Source: Candidatus Woesearchaeota archaeon UBA525 (GTDB lineage: Archaea > Nanobdellota > Nanobdellia > Woesearchaeales > UBA525). Taken from it: a DNA stretch of 64,000 nucleotides. Each line of letters opens with the position of its first letter. Positions within the stretch are counted from its first letter, which is position 1. Shown here piece after piece: positions 36,791 to 45,985 of this stretch. Both the position numbers and the translations under genes were made by a program. The notes beneath the pieces were generated by a model. It was not told where the DNA came from. It made no database searches and worked only from the letters and a program-made list of their open reading frames with translations. Where the stretch lies: assembly GCA_002498125.1 (NCBI GenBank), contig DAGG01000013.1, positions 18,196 through 82,195 of the forward strand, written 5' to 3'.

Positions 36791-37696
36791 TTACTGCTTG
36801 TCGTGGATCTTGTGCCCGCCGAACTCGTGGCGCTGCGCAGCAACGACCTTGTACGCAAACACTTCAGGCTCACGGGAGAGGTAGCGGCTGAAGAGCGCGT
36901 GCGACGTCATGAGGAACGGCACCTGGTAGTCCAGCGCCTCCTGTATCGTCCACTTGCCCTCACCATTGTCGTCGATGCGCTGCGTGAGCTTGCCCAGATC
37001 AGGATCCTTGGCGAGCGCACTCGCGGTGCAATCCATAAGGAAGCCGCGGATGATGGATCCGTTCGTCCAGAGCTTAGCCACGGCAGCCAGGTCGAGGTCC
37101 TTGCCGTAGTGCCCTTTCTTGAGTAGCTCAAAGCCCTCGCCGATGCCCTGCATGATAGCGTACTCTATCGCGTTATGCACCATCTTGGTGTAGTGACCGC
37201 TGCCCGCGGGGCCGCAGTGGAGATACCCTCCTTCAATGCTCATGTCGCGAAGTACCGGCTCGATATGAGAGAATACTTCCTTCTGGCCGCCCGCCATTGT
37301 GCAGTACCCTACCTCGCCGCCGAGCAGTCCACCACTCACGCCGACATCGATGAAGTTCACGCCCTTCGCTTCCACGTGCGCATGCCTGCGCAAAGTATCT
37401 TTATAGAAGCTGTTCCCTCCGTCAATCAGGATATCGCCTGGCGAGAGCGTCTCGAGCACATCCTGCATGACCTGCTCAGTCACGTCGCCCGCAGGGAGCA
37501 TGAGCCATACGACACGAGGCGCCTTGAGATTCTCCGCTACTCTTTTGTGGTCATCGACCACGCGGCAGCCCTTGGCAGCGACCTCATCACGAGGCCCGGG
37601 GCCTCGGTTCCATGCGAGGACGTCGTGTCCTTTCTCCTTGAGCCGGAGCGCTATGCCTTTGCCCATCCTTCCGAGTCCGAGTACTGCGAGTTCCAT
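36791..37696 (-). CDS. gnd: 6-phosphogluconate dehydrogenase (decarboxylating), short YqeC/GntZ-like form
   Basis: N-terminal NAD(P) Rossmann GLGRMG and 6PGDH C-terminal domain; 301 aa. Confidence 0.8.
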   Translation of the reverse strand: MELAVLGLGRMGKGIALRLKEKGHDVLAWNRGPGPRDEVAAKGCRVVDDHKRVAENLKAPRVVWLMLPAGDVTEQVMQDVLETLSPGDILIDGGNSFYKDTLRRHAHVEAKGVNFIDVGVSGGLLGGEVGYCTMAGGQKEVFSHIEPVLRDMSIEGGYLHCGPAGSGHYTKMVHNAIEYAIMQGIGEGFELLKKGHYGKDLDLAAVAKLWTNGSIIRGFLMDCTASALAKDPDLGKLTQRIDDNGEGKWTIQEALDYQVPFLMTSHALFSRYLSREPEVFAYKVVAAQRHEFGGHKIHDKQ

Positions 37697-37697
37697 A

Positions 37698-38966
37698 TCA
37701 CTTCCTCTTGCGCAGGGGTTTTTGAGGTTTTGCTTTCGCGCGTGTCTTCCGCTGCGAAGCGACCTTCACCTTCTTGAGCGTCTTGACGACTGCCGCAGGC
37801 ACCTTGAGCACTTCGCGCTTGCCGATATCATGATGCTCCTTGCGCATCAGCGCCTGGCGCACAGCGAGGACGATGTCTTGAGCACGCAAACCGTACTTGT
37901 CCAGGAGCTCGGCAGACGTGCCGCTCTCACCGAACGTATCACGAACGCCCACGCGTTCCATCGGCACGGGCAGGTGCGTCGCTATTACCTCTGCGACAGC
38001 CGATCCCAACCCACCGATGATCTGATGCTCCTCGACGGTCACTATAGCGCCAGTATCATGCGCAGCGTCAAGCACAGCGCGCTCATCGAGCGGCTTTATC
38101 GTGTGCATGTTAATGATGCGCGCAGAGATCTTCTCTTTGGCAAGAGTATCCGCCGCGATGATAGCTTCTGAGACGAGGTTGCCGCAGGCGATGATGGCCA
38201 CATCATTTCCGCGGCGCAACGTCACTGCCTTACCAATCTCGAACGGAGTCTCCTCCGATGTCACCTGCGGGAACTTCTCGCGGCCGCTGCGGAGATACAC
38301 AGGGCCTTTGAACTTGGCTGCCGCGACTGTCGCCTTGCGCATCTCTATCGCGTCAGCAGGGACGATGACAGTCATGCGCGGCAGGCATCGCATGATAGCG
38401 ATATCCTCGAGCGCCTGGTGCGTCGCGCCGTCCTGGCCGACAGTGATGCCGGCATGGCCGCCGACGACCTTGACGTCAGCGTTGCTGTAGCATACGCTCA
38501 CGCGCACCTGATCCCAGCTCCTGCCTGGTGAGAACACTGCGAAGCTCGCGGCGAATGCGGTCTTGCCTACGTGCGCCATGCCTGCGGCGACTCCGATGAG
38601 GTTCTGCTCGGCTATGCCTACCTCGACAAAGCGCGACGGATACTCCTTCTTGAACTTGTCGAGCTTATTGCTCTCAGTGAGATCGGCGCACAGCGCGACC
38701 ACATCAGGGTTCTCCTGCGCCGCAAGCATGATGCCTTCGCCAAATCCGTCACGCAATGCGCGCTTGACAGGCTCAATCGGAGACGCTGGTTTCACTTCTT
38801 GCTTCGGTGCAATCTTCTGCTCGACAGGTTTCTCTCCCAGTCCCGCGATCAGTTCCGCGCCTAGCTTGCCCTCAGGAGTATCTAGCTTCACCTCAGGCGA
38901 CTTGACCTCAGGTGTACCTAGCGTCACCTCAGGTGCGGACTTCAACTCAGTGATTGTATCAGGCAT
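37698..38966 (-). CDS. tkt: transketolase C-terminal subunit with N-terminal P/E/V/K-rich repeat extension and basic C-terminal tail
   Basis: RDGFGEGIMLAA...ADL pyrimidine-binding domain. The ATG at 38966 overlaps the upstream stop (TGATG). The track ORF extends to 39059. Confidence 0.8.
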   Translation of the reverse strand: MPDTITELKSAPEVTLGTPEVKSPEVKLDTPEGKLGAELIAGLGEKPVEQKIAPKQEVKPASPIEPVKRALRDGFGEGIMLAAQENPDVVALCADLTESNKLDKFKKEYPSRFVEVGIAEQNLIGVAAGMAHVGKTAFAASFAVFSPGRSWDQVRVSVCYSNADVKVVGGHAGITVGQDGATHQALEDIAIMRCLPRMTVIVPADAIEMRKATVAAAKFKGPVYLRSGREKFPQVTSEETPFEIGKAVTLRRGNDVAIIACGNLVSEAIIAADTLAKEKISARIINMHTIKPLDERAVLDAAHDTGAIVTVEEHQIIGGLGSAVAEVIATHLPVPMERVGVRDTFGESGTSAELLDKYGLRAQDIVLAVRQALMRKEHHDIGKREVLKVPAAVVKTLKKVKVASQRKTRAKAKPQKPLRKRK

Positions 38967-39808
38967 CAGAACCACCTCTTCTCGATCCTTGTACGGATCT
39001 CCTGCAGCTCGGCGAGCGCCTTGTCGCCTTGCTCCTTGCTCGGCGTCTTGCCGTGCCATTCGTAGTTGTTCTCGAACTCAGAGCAACCTTTACCAGGCAC
39101 AGTCTGCGCGAGTATCGCTGTCGGTTTGCCACGGGTAGCTCCTGCTTTGCCGAGCGCCTTCTTAATCTCACCGATATCATGGCCGTCGATACCTATCACG
39201 TTCCATCCGAACGCACGCAGCTTGTCACCGAGCGGTTCAAGATTCATGATGCTATGTGTCGGGCCGTCGATCTGGATATTGTTGCGGTCGATGATGATGG
39301 TGAGGTTGTCGAGTTTGTGCTGGGCAGCGAACATGAGCGCCTCCCATACCTGGCCTTCGTCCATCTCGCCATCGCCGAGGAGCGCATACACTCGGTTGGG
39401 CTTACCGTCAGCCTTGAGTGCTATTGCGCAGCCCGCTGCCTGGGATATGCCTTGCCCGAGCGGACCGCCACTGTTCTCAACGCCAGGGATCGTCTCGTTA
39501 TGAGGGTGGCCTTGGAGGAGTGAATTGATCTTCCGCAGGTGCTGGAGCTCATCGACAGGGAAAAACCCCCTCATCGCGAGCGTCACGTACCATATCGGGC
39601 AGATGTGGCCGTTGCTGAGGTAGATGTAATCACGATCAGGCCAGGAAGGGTTGTTCGAGTCAACTCTTGCACAGTCATAGTAGAGGACAGTGAATATATC
39701 AGCCATGCCGAGCGGTCCTGCGGTGTGCCCGCTCTGCGCATTGACGAGCGTCTTGACCAGCTCTTGACGAGCGCTATTCGCGAGGAGCTCAAGTTCCTTA
39801 TCCTTCAT
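38966..39808 (-). CDS. tkt: transketolase N-terminal subunit (TPP-binding)
   Basis: GHxS and GDG(E/x)25-30N TPP motif (LLGDGEMDEGQVWEA); 280 aa. Confidence 0.85.
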   Translation of the reverse strand: MKDKELELLANSARQELVKTLVNAQSGHTAGPLGMADIFTVLYYDCARVDSNNPSWPDRDYIYLSNGHICPIWYVTLAMRGFFPVDELQHLRKINSLLQGHPHNETIPGVENSGGPLGQGISQAAGCAIALKADGKPNRVYALLGDGEMDEGQVWEALMFAAQHKLDNLTIIIDRNNIQIDGPTHSIMNLEPLGDKLRAFGWNVIGIDGHDIGEIKKALGKAGATRGKPTAILAQTVPGKGCSEFENNYEWHGKTPSKEQGDKALAELQEIRTRIEKRWF

Positions 39809-39816
39809 TCTTCACC

Positions 39817-40578
39817 TCATTTCGAAGTCCACTTGGAAAGCTTCGTCTTCACTATCTTCCCTATCCGCTTGGCAGGGGCTCTCTTTGGACTTGCCGCAGT
39901 CCTGGTTTTCGGCTTGGCAGCGGGTTTCGCTACAGGCACTGCAGCATAGAGCTGCCGCAATGCTTTGGCAGGATCAGGAGCGTTGCTCACGAAACTGCCG
40001 CTGTTGATGCGCGTCGCGCCTGCGGCGACAACCGCTGCGATCGTCTTCGGCGTCATGCCACCATCGACCTGCACCACCAGAGCAGGATTCGAGTTCTTCC
40101 TGACGAACTCCTTGATACGAGCAGGCGTCTTGGCGACATATGGTGCTCCGTTGAATCCTGGATGCACGCCGAGGAAGAGCACACCATCGATGAGCTTCAC
40201 GTATGGCAGGAGTTTGCTCACCGGAGTCTCCGGATTGATGGCGAGTACAACTTCCATCTTGTGCTTCCGGCAGAGGTCTATAAGATTCCTGATTGTCCGG
40301 TCACTGAGCGGCTCGACGTGGAAGAGGATACGTTTGATGCCACGGCGTGCCATGGGTTGGATGTAAGCGCCAGGATTCTGCACCATAAGGTGCGCCTCGA
40401 ACCGCTTGCGGTACCGCCTCACTTCAGGTATCTGATGGATAGGGATGCTCATCGATGGCACGAACTTGCCGTCCATGATATCGAACTGCAGCTCATCGGC
40501 CACTTTGAGGAGCTTGCGCAGTTTCATGCCGAACTCCGCTTCCGTGTTCGCGAGCACTGTCGGCACGATCTTTATCAT
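39817..40578 (-). CDS. rpe: ribulose-phosphate 3-epimerase with Lys/Pro/Ala-rich C-terminal tail
   Basis: TIM-barrel RPE motifs; about 35 extra basic residues at the C-terminus. Confidence 0.85.
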   Translation of the reverse strand: MIKIVPTVLANTEAEFGMKLRKLLKVADELQFDIMDGKFVPSMSIPIHQIPEVRRYRKRFEAHLMVQNPGAYIQPMARRGIKRILFHVEPLSDRTIRNLIDLCRKHKMEVVLAINPETPVSKLLPYVKLIDGVLFLGVHPGFNGAPYVAKTPARIKEFVRKNSNPALVVQVDGGMTPKTIAAVVAAGATRINSGSFVSNAPDPAKALRQLYAAVPVAKPAAKPKTRTAASPKRAPAKRIGKIVKTKLSKWTSK

Positions 40579-41072
40579 CGCTTCCTCTCAAGCGTCGCGA
40601 TCTTGGCGATCCGGCGCTTATGTCTGGGAAGATTGGAGAATGGAGTCTCCAAGAATATCTTGACGAGGCGCGGCTCTTTCGCAGTGTTGAAGTTCCGCGC
40701 CCGCAATGCCATGACGTTGGCATCGTTGTCGTGCCGCGCCATCTTCGCGCTGTACTCGTCGTACACAACTGACGCCCTTATCCCCGGCACCTTGTTGGCA
40801 GCGATGACCATGCCGGTGCCTGAACCGCAGATGAGGATGCCGCGGGCGGCCTTGTCCTCGGCGACGAGCTTCGCGACTTCGGCCGCGTAGTCAGGGTAGT
40901 CGTCGTGCGCATCAGGATCGAACCCGCCGACGTCAACGACAGTGTAGCCCTTTCCCGCGAGGAACTTAAGGAGTCCTTGCTTTGTTTTGTACCCTGCATG
41001 ATCGCTGCCTATTACAACGACTGGCTCAGGGTTTGCCTTTGGATTGTTCCTCTTCAGTTTCTTCGCCATCAT
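40575..41072 (-). CDS. rpiB: ribose-5-phosphate isomerase B with basic N-terminal extension
   Basis: VVIGSDHAG...CGSGTG motifs. Confidence 0.85.
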   Translation of the reverse strand: MMAKKLKRNNPKANPEPVVVIGSDHAGYKTKQGLLKFLAGKGYTVVDVGGFDPDAHDDYPDYAAEVAKLVAEDKAARGILICGSGTGMVIAANKVPGIRASVVYDEYSAKMARHDNDANVMALRARNFNTAKEPRLVKIFLETPFSNLPRHKRRIAKIATLERKR

Positions 41073-42388
41073 CTCTTCCTCGCCAGTATGCGTTTCGTCT
41101 CAATCTTGTAGTCCTCGACATTCGGCTGGTCGAATGGGTTCACGTCCAGGAGCGCGGCGAGGTATATCATCTCCATCATGTGTAGCTGGAGCAATGCTCC
41201 AACACTCTCCTCTTTGGCGTCCTGCAACTCAATATGACAGTACGGCCGGTGGAGCTTACGCAGCGTCGCCTCGACACCACCACTGATCGCCCCCATGATG
41301 ACGGGGAGCGGCTTGCCCTGGATGTTGTGGACGAGCGGGTCGTACTGGCGCATCTGCGGCACCTTCACCTTCGACTTCCAGTCCTTGACTGTGACGAGGG
41401 TGAATATCTTGTCATCGGGCCCGCCGAAGTAGAGCTGCGCCATGCTGTGCAGGTCTGTGCTGCCGATGCTGACCGTTGGCGTGATACCCATATGGACCTG
41501 CTTCGCATGCTCGCGGTCCCATTCCTTGCCGATGCTCTCGCCCATGAGCTGTCGGTACCATTTGCCGATGCTCTCGAGGTCTGTTTTGAAGTAGAAGTTG
41601 TCTGCGATGCAGCGGCCGTGCGTCCACGCATGCGCGAGGATGGCGGCGCGGATGATGGCAGGGTTCTCCCTGTGCCCTACGTTCAGGCATGCTGCGCGCA
41701 TGTGCGCTGCACCGTCAAGGAGTTTCTTGATGTCAACGCCAAGCACTGCCAGAGGGAAGAGGCCCACTGGCGAGAGTACACTATAGCGGCCGCCTACTTT
41801 CTTGGGTATCGGCAGCACAGCAAAGCCCTGCTGGTTGGCCACATCCCAGAAGTGCGATCCCTCGTCTGTCGTGACGATGACATAGTCCTTCGCTTTGGCT
41901 TTCTTGTAACGCTGCAATGTCTGGAGCAGCACTTCGAAGTTCGCTATGGATTCTGTCGTGCCGCCAGATTTGCTCACAACACTGAGGAGCACGTTCCTCT
42001 TACGTGAGAGTTCTTGGCGCATGAGACCTTCGATGCGTGCAATCGCGTCGGCGTCGACCGTGTCTGCGTAGAGTATGCGCGCACGTTTGCCTGGATCAAG
42101 GTTGTGCATCTTGCCAAGGACTGCCTCCTGCACAGCAACCGTCCCGAGGTTGCTGCCGCCGATGCCTACCACAATGATGAGCGAGACCTTCTTGTGCTTG
42201 GCTGCGGTGCGCTGCACAAGGCGCAGGTGGTCATTGTCCACCGGCAGGTTGATGCTCGCATGGTCGTTCTCATAGAATCCCTTGCTCGCCTGGCGCATCG
42301 CTTCGAGCTCCGGCATGAGCTTATGCTCATAGGCCTGGAGGTCGTGGTCTGCGAGGTTCGCGTGTTCGTAGTGGACCTGGACTCGCAT
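41069..42388 (-). CDS. pgi: glucose-6-phosphate isomerase (SIS-domain PGI)
   Basis: Two SIS domains; 439 aa. Confidence 0.8.
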   Translation of the reverse strand: MRVQVHYEHANLADHDLQAYEHKLMPELEAMRQASKGFYENDHASINLPVDNDHLRLVQRTAAKHKKVSLIIVVGIGGSNLGTVAVQEAVLGKMHNLDPGKRARILYADTVDADAIARIEGLMRQELSRKRNVLLSVVSKSGGTTESIANFEVLLQTLQRYKKAKAKDYVIVTTDEGSHFWDVANQQGFAVLPIPKKVGGRYSVLSPVGLFPLAVLGVDIKKLLDGAAHMRAACLNVGHRENPAIIRAAILAHAWTHGRCIADNFYFKTDLESIGKWYRQLMGESIGKEWDREHAKQVHMGITPTVSIGSTDLHSMAQLYFGGPDDKIFTLVTVKDWKSKVKVPQMRQYDPLVHNIQGKPLPVIMGAISGGVEATLRKLHRPYCHIELQDAKEESVGALLQLHMMEMIYLAALLDVNPFDQPNVEDYKIETKRILARKR

Positions 42389-42391
42389 GGA

Positions 42392-43069
42392 TCACCTGAG
42401 CTTCTGATGATATGCGGCAGTGTCCGCCTGGAACTGCGCGATGCCCTTGTCTGTGAGCGGGTGGCTGAAGAGCTGCTCGAACACCTTATAGGGTATCGTC
42501 GCTATGTCCGCGCCGATGAGCGCTGCATCGCGCACGTGCGTTGGCGTGCGGACGCTCGCCACGAGGACCTTGGTCTCATAACCGTAATTCTCGTATATCT
42601 GCTTGATCTGGCCGATGAGATCCATGCCTGACGCTCCGGCGTCGTCGATACGGCCGACGAATGGGCTGATGATGAAGGCTCCTGCTTTTGCTGCGAGTAG
42701 TGCTTGATTTGGTGAGAAACAGAGCGTGACGTTCGTCCTGATCTTGCGCCTCTTGAACTCCTGGACCGCAATGAGACCATCTTGCGTCATCGGGACCTTG
42801 ATGATAATATGCTTGTCCCATTTGGCGTACTCGAGCCCTTCCTTGACCATATCCTTCCATTCTGTGGAGTTCACTTCTGCACTCACGGTGAAATCGTCAG
42901 TGTGTGCTTTGAGTATCTTCACGATCTCAGATATCTCTGTCTTGAAGTCGCGTCCTTCCTTCATGATGAGCGTCGGGTTTGTCGTGACGCCGTTCAGGAG
43001 TCCTGTCGCGGCGGCTTTCTTTATCTCTTCAATGCTCGCGGTATCCAGATAGATTTGCATGGTCCTCAC
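42392..43069 (-). CDS. tal: transaldolase (short, FSA-like type)
   Basis: MQIYLDTASIEEI...NPTLI motifs; 225 aa. Confidence 0.85.
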   Translation of the reverse strand: MRTMQIYLDTASIEEIKKAAATGLLNGVTTNPTLIMKEGRDFKTEISEIVKILKAHTDDFTVSAEVNSTEWKDMVKEGLEYAKWDKHIIIKVPMTQDGLIAVQEFKRRKIRTNVTLCFSPNQALLAAKAGAFIISPFVGRIDDAGASGMDLIGQIKQIYENYGYETKVLVASVRTPTHVRDAALIGADIATIPYKVFEQLFSHPLTDKGIAQFQADTAAYHQKLR

Positions 43070-43202
43070 CTGAAGATTTCCCTGAAGACGAGCCCTTATA
43101 AATGTTTTGCAGGCTCTCCGACGGGAGAAAGGTATCCTTCACGACACCGTCTCGACGAAGACAACAATAGGGATACAAAGATGAGAAAACTGGGAGAACT
43201 AC

Positions 43203-43886
43203 CTAGCGCAGAGAGGTGAAGACTGTGAATGTCGGCACCTGCAGGAGCAACTTCGCAGGGCACTGGTCGACAGCAGTCTTGGGATCGCTGAACAACTCGT
43301 ATGCACGGCGCTTCTCGCCGATGAAAAACAACACCGCTTCTGACGCTGACGTGATGAGCTGTGGAGTGATGGTCACGCGTTCAGGAGGGGCTTTTGGCGC
43401 GTGGTCCTCCATCATGTAGCCTGCGTGCTGCGCGTGGAGCGTGTCATGCCCCGGGAAGAGCGAGGCGATGTGGCCGTCCTCTCCAGCGCTGCAGATGATA
43501 AGGTCAAAACGCGTCGGTCCCGGCAGCTCGACAAGAGCGTTGAAAACCTGCCGCATCTCCACCTGCATCGAATCCTTGTGTGTGCTCTGCAGCGGGTGCC
43601 AGACGATATCGACGCCTTCGCGATGCAGCTGCTCAAGGAGCGGCAGGACTGGCGCGTAGTTCTTATGGTCCGCATGCAGGCGCTCGTCAAGCCAGAACAC
43701 CTCTATCCTGCCATTGAACGGGCCATAGGGGAGGAGCTTATCGAGTATCGCAGGGACACTGCGGCCACCGACAATCCCGAGCACGCACTGCTTCTGCGCA
43801 GCGCAGATGCCTGCTATCCTGTCAGCGATGAAGCCTGCTGCCTTGATATACAGCTCCCGATCATCGCGCTCAGATATCATCAGCAT
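43203..43886 (-). CDS. pgl: 6-phosphogluconolactonase (NagB/DevB family)
   Basis: LGIVGGRS motif; 227 aa. Confidence 0.65.
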   Translation of the reverse strand: MLMISERDDRELYIKAAGFIADRIAGICAAQKQCVLGIVGGRSVPAILDKLLPYGPFNGRIEVFWLDERLHADHKNYAPVLPLLEQLHREGVDIVWHPLQSTHKDSMQVEMRQVFNALVELPGPTRFDLIICSAGEDGHIASLFPGHDTLHAQHAGYMMEDHAPKAPPERVTITPQLITSASEAVLFFIGEKRRAYELFSDPKTAVDQCPAKLLLQVPTFTVFTSLR

Positions 43887-43889
43887 AGG

Positions 43890-45194
43890 TCACTCGCTGG
43901 CATCGTCTCCTTTTATTGGTTTGCAGCGCGATGCCTTGACGCGTTCCAGGACATACTCCTGGCTGAGGAAGTGCTCGATGAGCTTGACCGGATCACGGAA
44001 CTTACGTGTCTCAAGCGCGTACACCTTGCCTTCACGCGCGTACGTGGTCTCATGGGCGGTCTGGAAGCGCGCGACGTCGGTGGTGCGGTGCACTGGCGGC
44101 CCTGCGAGTTCCTCCTCCTTGGACAAGAGCCCGTACTCGAGCGCGAACAGGAGCAAGGTGCGTGCGGGGCTGAACTCCCATGTCGATGCATGGACTGCGA
44201 AGTTATGCTCTACGAGCTGCTGCCAGATGTGCTGGTAGACCTTGTAGCACTTCGCGCCTACCACATCCTTCTTGCCGCGTTGCGGCGTGAGCGTGACGGC
44301 GATAATCCTGGATCCTGGATACTCAGCAGCGAATTGCGCAGCATCGAGCGGCTCGATGGTGAAGTACGCCTCCTGCTCATCCTCTGACGCAGCGAGGTAC
44401 TCTGCTGCTCTGGCCTTGAACCTAGCGAACGCCTGCTGCGTGAGCGCCGCCGCGCTGTTGCGGTCCTGTTGGACTGGGTCCACGATGACGAGCGGCGCCT
44501 GGATCTTGGCGTCGTTGAGCTCGGTGAGCGGATTGTCGAGCTGCCGCTCCGGATCAAGCACCACGCGCGCAGGCCACTGCGCCGCCGCCTCGAGCAGCTG
44601 CCGGAAACCTCCATAGTGGATGTTGAGCAGGTCGACCACGTGACCTGAGAATCCGCCGATGTAGCTCTCTGCACCGTAGACCTTCGCTGCTTTGCAGAAC
44701 TGCTTGGTGAGGCGTATCTCGCCAGCAAGCCATGGCCGCTCGCCCGTGTGCTGTGCGACGTAGTCGACGTGGAGCGGACTCATGTCAGTGACATTGCGCG
44801 CCTCCTGCCAAGAGCTGATGTGCAATACCGGAATGAACTCGAAGACGAAGTCGTCGAGTAGGACGTGGAAGTAATCCCTGCTGCCGTGCACGCGCTCGAC
44901 ACTGTCGAATACCGACTCGAGGATTGCTTGAAGACGGTCAGCGAGTGTCGCATCATCGTAGTCCGGCGAGAATCTCACGAACACGTCGATGTCATGGTCG
45001 CCCTTGAGATACGTTCCCTTGGCTATGCTGCCGCCGAGGGCCACGGTGGCGAGCTCCTGGCGTGCTTTGATGGCCTCTTCTACCTTCGTGAGCGTCTTAC
45101 CCACGATAGCAGGCAGGGTCTTGGGAGGGGTAATCCTCTTGAGCACGCGCAACTCCGCAGCGGTGTGCGGCGCGCCAGTCTGGGGAGTATCCAT
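43890..45194 (-). CDS. cca: CCA-adding tRNA nucleotidyltransferase, archaeal class I
   Basis: GSIAKGTYLKGDHDIDVF nucleotidyltransferase motif; 434 aa. Consistent with the tRNA genes lacking encoded CCA. Confidence 0.85.
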   Translation of the reverse strand: MDTPQTGAPHTAAELRVLKRITPPKTLPAIVGKTLTKVEEAIKARQELATVALGGSIAKGTYLKGDHDIDVFVRFSPDYDDATLADRLQAILESVFDSVERVHGSRDYFHVLLDDFVFEFIPVLHISSWQEARNVTDMSPLHVDYVAQHTGERPWLAGEIRLTKQFCKAAKVYGAESYIGGFSGHVVDLLNIHYGGFRQLLEAAAQWPARVVLDPERQLDNPLTELNDAKIQAPLVIVDPVQQDRNSAAALTQQAFARFKARAAEYLAASEDEQEAYFTIEPLDAAQFAAEYPGSRIIAVTLTPQRGKKDVVGAKCYKVYQHIWQQLVEHNFAVHASTWEFSPARTLLLFALEYGLLSKEEELAGPPVHRTTDVARFQTAHETTYAREGKVYALETRKFRDPVKLIEHFLSQEYVLERVKASRCKPIKGDDASE

Positions 45195-45239
45195 ACGCAG
45201 CCTTGCTGACGTGCTCGTTTAAGAATCTTTAGCACCGGT

Positions 45240-45944
45240 TCAGCCGAAGTAGTCCATGGACTTCTTGTCCTGTTCGCTGAGCATCTTCTGGCTCTGACCC
45301 ATCATGGATTTCAACTTCTGCTCAAACTGCGTTGCCTGCTCGACGAGCGGATGGTAGTCCACCTCGAGGCCCATATACTTGTCCAGGAACTTTACAATTT
45401 CAGCCGCCGCCTTGCTGTCAGGGAACTCGCTGTGCGTTGTCGCGAACAGGCATGAGGTGTTGGGATGGATGAGCATGAGCGCCGCCGACACGCCCATGAT
45501 GACCGACTCCTGCATCTGCTGGGCGCCGAGCTGCGTGAACTGCGGGTTGCCGAATGCGTAGATGATGGATTCCTCGCTCGCGGCATTCGCTCCATCGATG
45601 CAGATAATCTCCTTAGCGCCGAGGTCCTTGGCGAGCTGAGCCAGTACACCGGCGACAGCCCACTCCTCCTTGCGGACGTTGAGCACTGTGTAAGCGATGA
45701 GTGCGTTGTGCTTCTCGCTATAGTGCAGCGACATCGGGTGCACGAGCGCACCCTTGTGCACGGCTGCAGTAGCGGGGAGCTCGTCGTAGACGAACTTGCC
45801 CATAACCTCTGTCTTCATGTGGTCAATGAGGAACTCAGTTACGATAGGGCCGACGAGGCCGACGCCAGGGAAACCGACGATGATTGTGGGAGATGAAGGT
45901 CTCTTTGTGAGCTCAATGCGCATTATTACCACCTTCATACGCAT
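45240..45944 (-). CDS. proteasome assembly chaperone, PAC2 family
   Basis: IVGFPGVGLVG motif. Confidence 0.6.
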   Translation of the reverse strand: MRMKVVIMRIELTKRPSSPTIIVGFPGVGLVGPIVTEFLIDHMKTEVMGKFVYDELPATAAVHKGALVHPMSLHYSEKHNALIAYTVLNVRKEEWAVAGVLAQLAKDLGAKEIICIDGANAASEESIIYAFGNPQFTQLGAQQMQESVIMGVSAALMLIHPNTSCLFATTHSEFPDSKAAAEIVKFLDKYMGLEVDYHPLVEQATQFEQKLKSMMGQSQKMLSEQDKKSMDYFG

Positions 45945-45985
45945 CCAGCGATATCATTTAAAAGACTTGCGTCCTGCACACCGGA

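Noticed and set aside
43401-44387. 328-aa plus-strand ORF
   Set aside because: It is antisense to pgl and cca.
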